A stretch of DNA of 64,000 nt from Gammaproteobacteria bacterium. Its GTDB lineage: Bacteria > Pseudomonadota > Gammaproteobacteria > Poriferisulfidales > GCA-002705445. The notes under the pieces are model-generated. The model was not told the origin of the DNA. It searched no databases and was given only the letters and a program-made list of their open reading frames with translations. Location of the stretch: positions 129,366-193,365 of the forward strand of contig JABGXU010000007.1 of NCBI GenBank assembly GCA_018675635.1. Direction: 5' to 3'. Position numbers and translations under genes: made by a program. Shown here piece by piece: positions 59,149 through 64,000 of the stretch (the first letter of the stretch is position 1; every line of letters starts with the position of its first letter).

Positions 59149-60459
59149 ATGTCAGAAAAATATATTATACAGCCATCCTCAAATTTAAGCGGTAATATTG
59201 TCGTACCTGGAGATAAGTCAATTTCTCATAGATCTTTGATTCTATTATCTATCTCAGAGGGTATTGGCCATATAAATGGATTATTAGAATCTGAAGATTG
59301 TTTGGCAACTTTAGATATTTTTAAACTATTAGATATTAATATTGCCAAAAGTAGTAATTCTTCATATGTAGTAAATGGAAAAGGATTATATGGTTTATCA
59401 AAGCCAAATCAAGATTTAAATTGCGGTAATTCTGGGACTAGTATGAGACTGTTAACTGGCTTATTATCAGCGCAAAAGTTTTCATGTAATTTATTTGGAG
59501 ATAACTCTCTTAGTGAAAGACCAATGGAAAGAATATCTTTGCCTTTATCGTTGATGAGCGCTGATATAAGTTTGTCAGAAAATAACACAGCGCCAATAAA
59601 AATTTTACCAGTAAAAGAAATTACTCCAATTGAATATAAAATGCCTATAGATAGCGCTCAAATTAAATCATCTATAATTTTAGCAAGTTTATATGCTAAG
59701 AGTGAAACAAAAATTTTTGAAAATATTCCAACAAGAGATCATACAGAAAATATGATTAATTATTTAGGTGGTAATATAGATAAAAAATCTAACCAAATTA
59801 CAATTCACCCAAATAATAAATTAATAGCAAAAGATATCAATGTTCCTGGGGATATTTCATCAGCAATGTTTGTTATAGTTGGTTGTATAATTTCAAAAAA
59901 CTCACAAGTTATAATTAAAAATGTAGGATTAAATGATTTAAGAACTGGCGGTATAGAAATTTTAAAATTAATGGGAGCGAATATTGAGTTAAAAAATATT
60001 AAGTATTATGGCCTAGAAAAAGTAGGGGATATAATTGTCCATTCATCTAAATTAAAAGGTATAACAATTCCAGAGAAATATATAGCTAGTGCAATTGATG
60101 AGTTCCCAGCACTCTTTATAGCTTCAGCTAATGCTTTTGGAGAAACTATTTTAAATAATGCCTCAGAATTAAAATTCAAGGAAAGCAACAGGCTTTCAGT
60201 TATGTCTGAGGGATTAACATTGTGCGGTATAAATAACAATCTTAATGATGATGGAATAGTAATTCAAGGTGGAAAAATATCTGGATCTACAATAGATAGT
60301 AAGGGTGATCATAGAGTAGCAATGGCATTTTCTATCGCGGGATTAGTTTCCTCGGAAAACATAACTATTTTGAATACCAAAAACGTTTCTACATCTTTCC
60401 CAGATTTTCATAATTTAATGAAAGCCTTGGGATTAAATATACGGAGAGAAATTAGTTGA
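59149..60459 (+). CDS. aroA: EPSP synthase (class II)
   Basis: PGDKSISHR, GNSGT, SAQIKS, RDHTE, IDEFP, KESNR, DHRVAM. Confidence 0.97.
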   Translation: MSEKYIIQPSSNLSGNIVVPGDKSISHRSLILLSISEGIGHINGLLESEDCLATLDIFKLLDINIAKSSNSSYVVNGKGLYGLSKPNQDLNCGNSGTSMRLLTGLLSAQKFSCNLFGDNSLSERPMERISLPLSLMSADISLSENNTAPIKILPVKEITPIEYKMPIDSAQIKSSIILASLYAKSETKIFENIPTRDHTENMINYLGGNIDKKSNQITIHPNNKLIAKDINVPGDISSAMFVIVGCIISKNSQVIIKNVGLNDLRTGGIEILKLMGANIELKNIKYYGLEKVGDIIVHSSKLKGITIPEKYIASAIDEFPALFIASANAFGETILNNASELKFKESNRLSVMSEGLTLCGINNNLNDDGIVIQGGKISGSTIDSKGDHRVAMAFSIAGLVSSENITILNTKNVSTSFPDFHNLMKALGLNIRREIS

Positions 60460-61139
60460 ATTCAAAAATTATAACTGTAGACGGACCAAGTGGAGTTGGT
60501 AAAGGCACAATAGCAATGATGATCGCTGAGTCCTTAGGATTTAAGTATTTAGATAGCGGTTCATTGTATCGATCTTTAGCTTTAAAGTTATTTGAAAAAA
60601 ATCAAAATTTTGATGAAGTTTTAAGTAATCTAGATTATTGGATGTCTGATATTTTAATAGATTTTAAGTATGCGAAAGGACAAAAATCAAAAATATTTGT
60701 TAATGGTGAAGATTTTACAGATAAAATAAGGACTGAAAAAGTAGCAATGCTTGCTTCTAAAATAGCTATTAATAAAAGTGCAAGAGATATGTTAGAGAAG
60801 TACCAAAGAAGTTACATAAAGGATCCTGGCTTGGTAGCAGATGGAAGAGATATGGGGACAAAAGTCTTTTCGGAGGCTAAAATTAAGTTTTTTCTAACTG
60901 CTTCAGTTGAAAAAAGAGCAGAAAGGCGATTAAATCAGTTGAAAGATCAAGGAATTAGTGCTAACTTGCGAAACCTTATACAAAAACTTTTGTTAAGAGA
61001 TAAGGCTGATATGGAGAGAACTATTTCTCCTTTGATACCTGCAGAAGATGCAATAATAATAGATACAAGCGATATAACTGCTTCTGAAGTATTTAACACA
61101 GCAATTAAAATTATAAGAGAAAATTTAAAAATTATATGA
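60456..61139 (+). CDS. cmk: Cytidylate kinase
   Basis: [24 protein letters not shown]. Confidence 0.97.
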   Translation: MNSKIITVDGPSGVGKGTIAMMIAESLGFKYLDSGSLYRSLALKLFEKNQNFDEVLSNLDYWMSDILIDFKYAKGQKSKIFVNGEDFTDKIRTEKVAMLASKIAINKSARDMLEKYQRSYIKDPGLVADGRDMGTKVFSEAKIKFFLTASVEKRAERRLNQLKDQGISANLRNLIQKLLLRDKADMERTISPLIPAEDAIIIDTSDITASEVFNTAIKIIRENLKII

Positions 61140-62794
61140 GTGAAGATTTTTCAGCATTAATAGAAGAAAGTATTTCTAAGTTACAAGTTAAACCAGGTGC
61201 CATAATCAATGGGACTGTTATAGATATAAAAAAAGATTTAGTCATTGTTAATGCGGGGCTTAAATCTGAAGGCATGATACCAATTGACCAGTTCATAGGG
61301 TTCGATGGAAAAGTTGAAGTTCAAGAAGGAGATACTGTAGAGGTATCTGTAGATGCTATAGAAGATGGATTTGGAGAAACTAAATTATCTAGAGAAAAAG
61401 CAAAAAAAGCTAGAGCATGGGTATCATTAACAGAAGCATTTGATCAAAAGAAAATCCTTGAGGGAAGAATTACTGGAAAAGTAAAAGGCGGTTTTACTGT
61501 TGATTTAGAAGATATTAAAGCATTTTTACCAGGATCATTAGTTGATGTTAGGCCTGTAAGAGAAACTACTTATTTAGAAGGCAAAGATTTAGAATTTATA
61601 GTTATTAAGATTGATAAAAAAAGAAATAATGTTGTAGTTTCTAGAAAAGCGGTATTGGAGTCAGAAAATAGTGAAGAGCGAGATGAGTTAATATCTAATT
61701 TAGAAGAAGGGTCTGTTGTAAAAGGAATTGTTAAGAATATTACTGATTATGGTGCATTTTTAGATTTAGGTGGGGTAGATGGATTATTGCATATTACAGA
61801 TATGGCTTGGAAAAGAGTTAGGCATCCTTCAGAACTTATAAATGTTGGTGACGAAATAGATGTTAAAGTGCTTAAATTTGATAAAGAAAAAACAAGAGTA
61901 TCGCTAGGACTAAAACAATTAAATGAAGATCCGTGGTTTGAAATTAGTAAAGCGCATCCTGAAGGATCTAAATTGCAAGGCAAGATAACTAATATTGCTG
62001 ATTATGGGTGCTTCGTAGAAATTCATAATGGTGTTGAAGGTTTAGTTCATGTTTCTGAAATGGATTGGACTAATAAAAATGCAAATCCTGAAAAATTAGT
62101 TTCTATAGGGCAAGAAATTGAAGTAATGATATTAGATATTGACCCTGAAAGAAGAAGAATATCTTTAGGAATAAAGCAATGCCAAGATAATCCATGGACA
62201 AAATTCACTGATACCCATGAGATTGGCGAAATTATTGTTGGTAAAATAAAATCTATAACAGATTTTGGTGTATTTATAGGACTTGAAGATTGTATTGATG
62301 GTCTAGTACATTTATCTGATCTTTCATGGACAGAAAGTGGTGATATCGCAGTAAGAGAATATAAAAAGGGCGATGAATTGGAGACAATATTATTATCAGC
62401 AGATACAGAAAGAGAAAGAATTTCTCTTGGGGTTAAACAGCTAACCGTAAATAAATTTCAAGAATACATTCAAATAAATCAAAAAGGATCTGTTGTTAAA
62501 GGTAGAATATTAGAAAAGTCAGTTAAAATTATCTCGATCGAATTGGATGAAGGGGTAAACGGAACATTGAAATTGTCTGAGTTGTCATCTGATATAAATA
62601 TCGATTCAATGCAATTAAATGATGAATTGGATTTAGTTATTACAAATATTGATAAAAAAAATCAGACAATAAGTTTGTCTATGAAAGTGCTTGAAAAGCA
62701 AAATGAAAATAAAGCATTAAATGATTATAATAAAAAAAATGAATCAGTTAGCACATCTTTAGGTGATATAATAAAAGAACATATTGATAAATAG
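61136..62794 (+). CDS. rpsA: 30S ribosomal protein S1
   Basis: Six S1 repeats; [22 protein letters not shown]. Confidence 0.98.
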   Translation: MSEDFSALIEESISKLQVKPGAIINGTVIDIKKDLVIVNAGLKSEGMIPIDQFIGFDGKVEVQEGDTVEVSVDAIEDGFGETKLSREKAKKARAWVSLTEAFDQKKILEGRITGKVKGGFTVDLEDIKAFLPGSLVDVRPVRETTYLEGKDLEFIVIKIDKKRNNVVVSRKAVLESENSEERDELISNLEEGSVVKGIVKNITDYGAFLDLGGVDGLLHITDMAWKRVRHPSELINVGDEIDVKVLKFDKEKTRVSLGLKQLNEDPWFEISKAHPEGSKLQGKITNIADYGCFVEIHNGVEGLVHVSEMDWTNKNANPEKLVSIGQEIEVMILDIDPERRRISLGIKQCQDNPWTKFTDTHEIGEIIVGKIKSITDFGVFIGLEDCIDGLVHLSDLSWTESGDIAVREYKKGDELETILLSADTERERISLGVKQLTVNKFQEYIQINQKGSVVKGRILEKSVKIISIELDEGVNGTLKLSELSSDINIDSMQLNDELDLVITNIDKKNQTISLSMKVLEKQNENKALNDYNKKNESVSTSLGDIIKEHIDK

Positions 62795-62817
62795 TTTTTT
62801 TAGTTAAGGGTAGTATT

Positions 62818-63132
62818 ATGGATTTAAAAAGAGAAACAATTACTAAATCTCAATTAATAGAGAAAATTTCTTTAAAAATTCCGCAATTAGGAAATAAAGA
62901 TGTAGAACTATCAGTAAAAACCCTTATAGAAAAAATTATAGACTCTTTATCAAAGGGCGATAGAACCGAGGTAAGAGGATTTGGTAGTTTCTCAGTTCAC
63001 TACAGAAAGCCTAGAATAGGAAGAAATCCTAAAACAGGTGATTCAGTGTCACTTCCTGGTAAAAATGCAGCTCATTTCAAGCCTGGCAAGGTATTACGCA
63101 ATAAAATTAATAATTTACACGACATAGATTGA
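62818..63132 (+). CDS. ihfB: Integration host factor beta
   Basis: [21 protein letters not shown]; follows rpsA. Confidence 0.95.
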   Translation: MDLKRETITKSQLIEKISLKIPQLGNKDVELSVKTLIEKIIDSLSKGDRTEVRGFGSFSVHYRKPRIGRNPKTGDSVSLPGKNAAHFKPGKVLRNKINNLHDID

Positions 63133-63177
63133 TAAAAATAATATAATATAATTATATTTAACAAAATTTATAATTAT

Positions 63178-63468
63178 ATGTTTAGATTAATAGCTTTATT
63201 TTTAACAGTAATAATTTGTGTAATTAGCGTTGCAGCTGTGCATTACAATCAAATTCCTTACTTAGTAAATTTTTATATAATACAGTTTGCAGATATACCT
63301 TTAGGTATATTAATATTTATAGCCATGATCTTTGGTATCTTGGTGTCTGTTTTTTTCTTATTAGGCTTAGTATTAAACTCAAGAAAGAGATACAGGGTAT
63401 TAAAAAAAGAGCATGAATTGATTAATAAAGAAGTTCAGAACTTAAGAAGAATACCAATACAAGAGTAA
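63178..63468 (+). CDS. lapA: LPS assembly protein LapA
   Basis: Two TM segments plus coiled basic tail; between ihfB and lapB. Confidence 0.75.
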   Translation: MFRLIALFLTVIICVISVAAVHYNQIPYLVNFYIIQFADIPLGILIFIAMIFGILVSVFFLLGLVLNSRKRYRVLKKEHELINKEVQNLRRIPIQE

Positions 63469-63472
63469 AATA

Positions 63473-64000
63473 ATGTATATAGCAATATCAACCATAATCT
63501 TTTTTATAATTATAATTTCTGCGATATTATTTTACATCTCAATAAAATCATTTTATAAAAAAAATACCAATTCAATACCTGTTGAGTACCTACAGAGCAT
63601 GAATTATTTATTATCTGAACAGCACGATAAAGCTTTAGATACTTTTATGTCAATGGTAAGTGTGAATCAAGATACTGCAGAAACTCATATCATACTTGGC
63701 AATCTTTTTAGAAACAGAGGAGAAGTTGATAGAGCTATTAGGATTCATCAGAATTTAATTGCTAGACCAGAACTTAAGCCTGAAATAAGACAAGAGTGTA
63801 CTTTAGAATTAGCAAAAGACTATCTTAAAGCTGGTTTTTTAGACAGAGCAGAATTAATCTTTGTAAGATTAGCGAATGATATAAATTACCCTTTGCAAAT
63901 ATTACAATATTTAAAAGAAATATATGAGCAAGAAAAAGAATGGGAAAAGGCGATTGAAATATCAGTAAAAATTCAATCAATAGACGGCGAAGATATTTCT
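63473..64000 (+). CDS. lapB: LPS assembly protein LapB (partial, runs off the window; absent from the ORF track)
   Basis: Manual translation: N-terminal TM, NYLLSEQHDKA, LGNLFRNRGEVDRAIRIHQNL, LAKDYLKAGFLDRAE. Confidence 0.93.
   Translation, partial: MYIAISTIIFFIIIISAILFYISIKSFYKKNTNSIPVEYLQSMNYLLSEQHDKALDTFMSMVSVNQDTAETHIILGNLFRNRGEVDRAIRIHQNLIARPELKPEIRQECTLELAKDYLKAGFLDRAELIFVRLANDINYPLQILQYLKEIYEQEKEWEKAIEISVKIQSIDGEDIS

Noticed and set aside
423..61983. Many short antisense or out-of-frame ORFs in the track (e.g. 5033-5554, 13171-13572, 31007-31462, 46453-46785, 57952-58281)
   Set aside because: Overlap well-supported genes and have no recognisable motifs; shadow ORFs.

Overview
AT-rich, gene-dense chromosomal segment. 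Core gene order and protein motifs indicate a streamlined Gammaproteobacterium, probably marine (inferred; no finer taxonomy attempted). Core blocks: TPR-lolB-ispE-tRNA-Gln-prs-rplY-pth-ychF-tRNA-Met; rpsP-rimM-trmD-rplS; pcnB-folK-dNK-panBCD; queG, grxD, argG, mlaA, yciB, scpAB, three-gene pnt, gph-ubiG; gyrA-pheA-tyrA-aroA-cmk-rpsA-ihfB-lapA-lapB (partial). Between tRNA-Met (~6.1 kb) and tRNA-Leu (~31.7 kb) is a largely accessory region with no integrase. Its main feature is a urea-utilisation cassette (urtABCDE, a small His-rich membrane peptide, ureD, fused ureAB, ureC, ureEFG). The cassette's 5' leader holds two ANTAR-type twin-hairpin motifs, the first overlapping an intrinsic terminator, and a pseudo-receiver/ANTAR antiterminator (NasT-like) follows it with no sensor gene in the window. 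This is a candidate ANTAR-controlled urea system. Also notable: a predicted Na+-pumping pyrophosphatase flanked by tRNA-Leu and a decayed copy of its 3' end; a YncD/PqqU-like TonB receptor beside a PQQ-dependent dehydrogenase; a divergent DUF2182/DUF1326 pair with a switch-like leader; a one-Cys OxyR with a clear operator upstream of rubrerythrin/Fe-S oxidoreductase/DUF3501; and an unannotated 33-aa ORF. All calls are by eye; no searches or folding programs were run.
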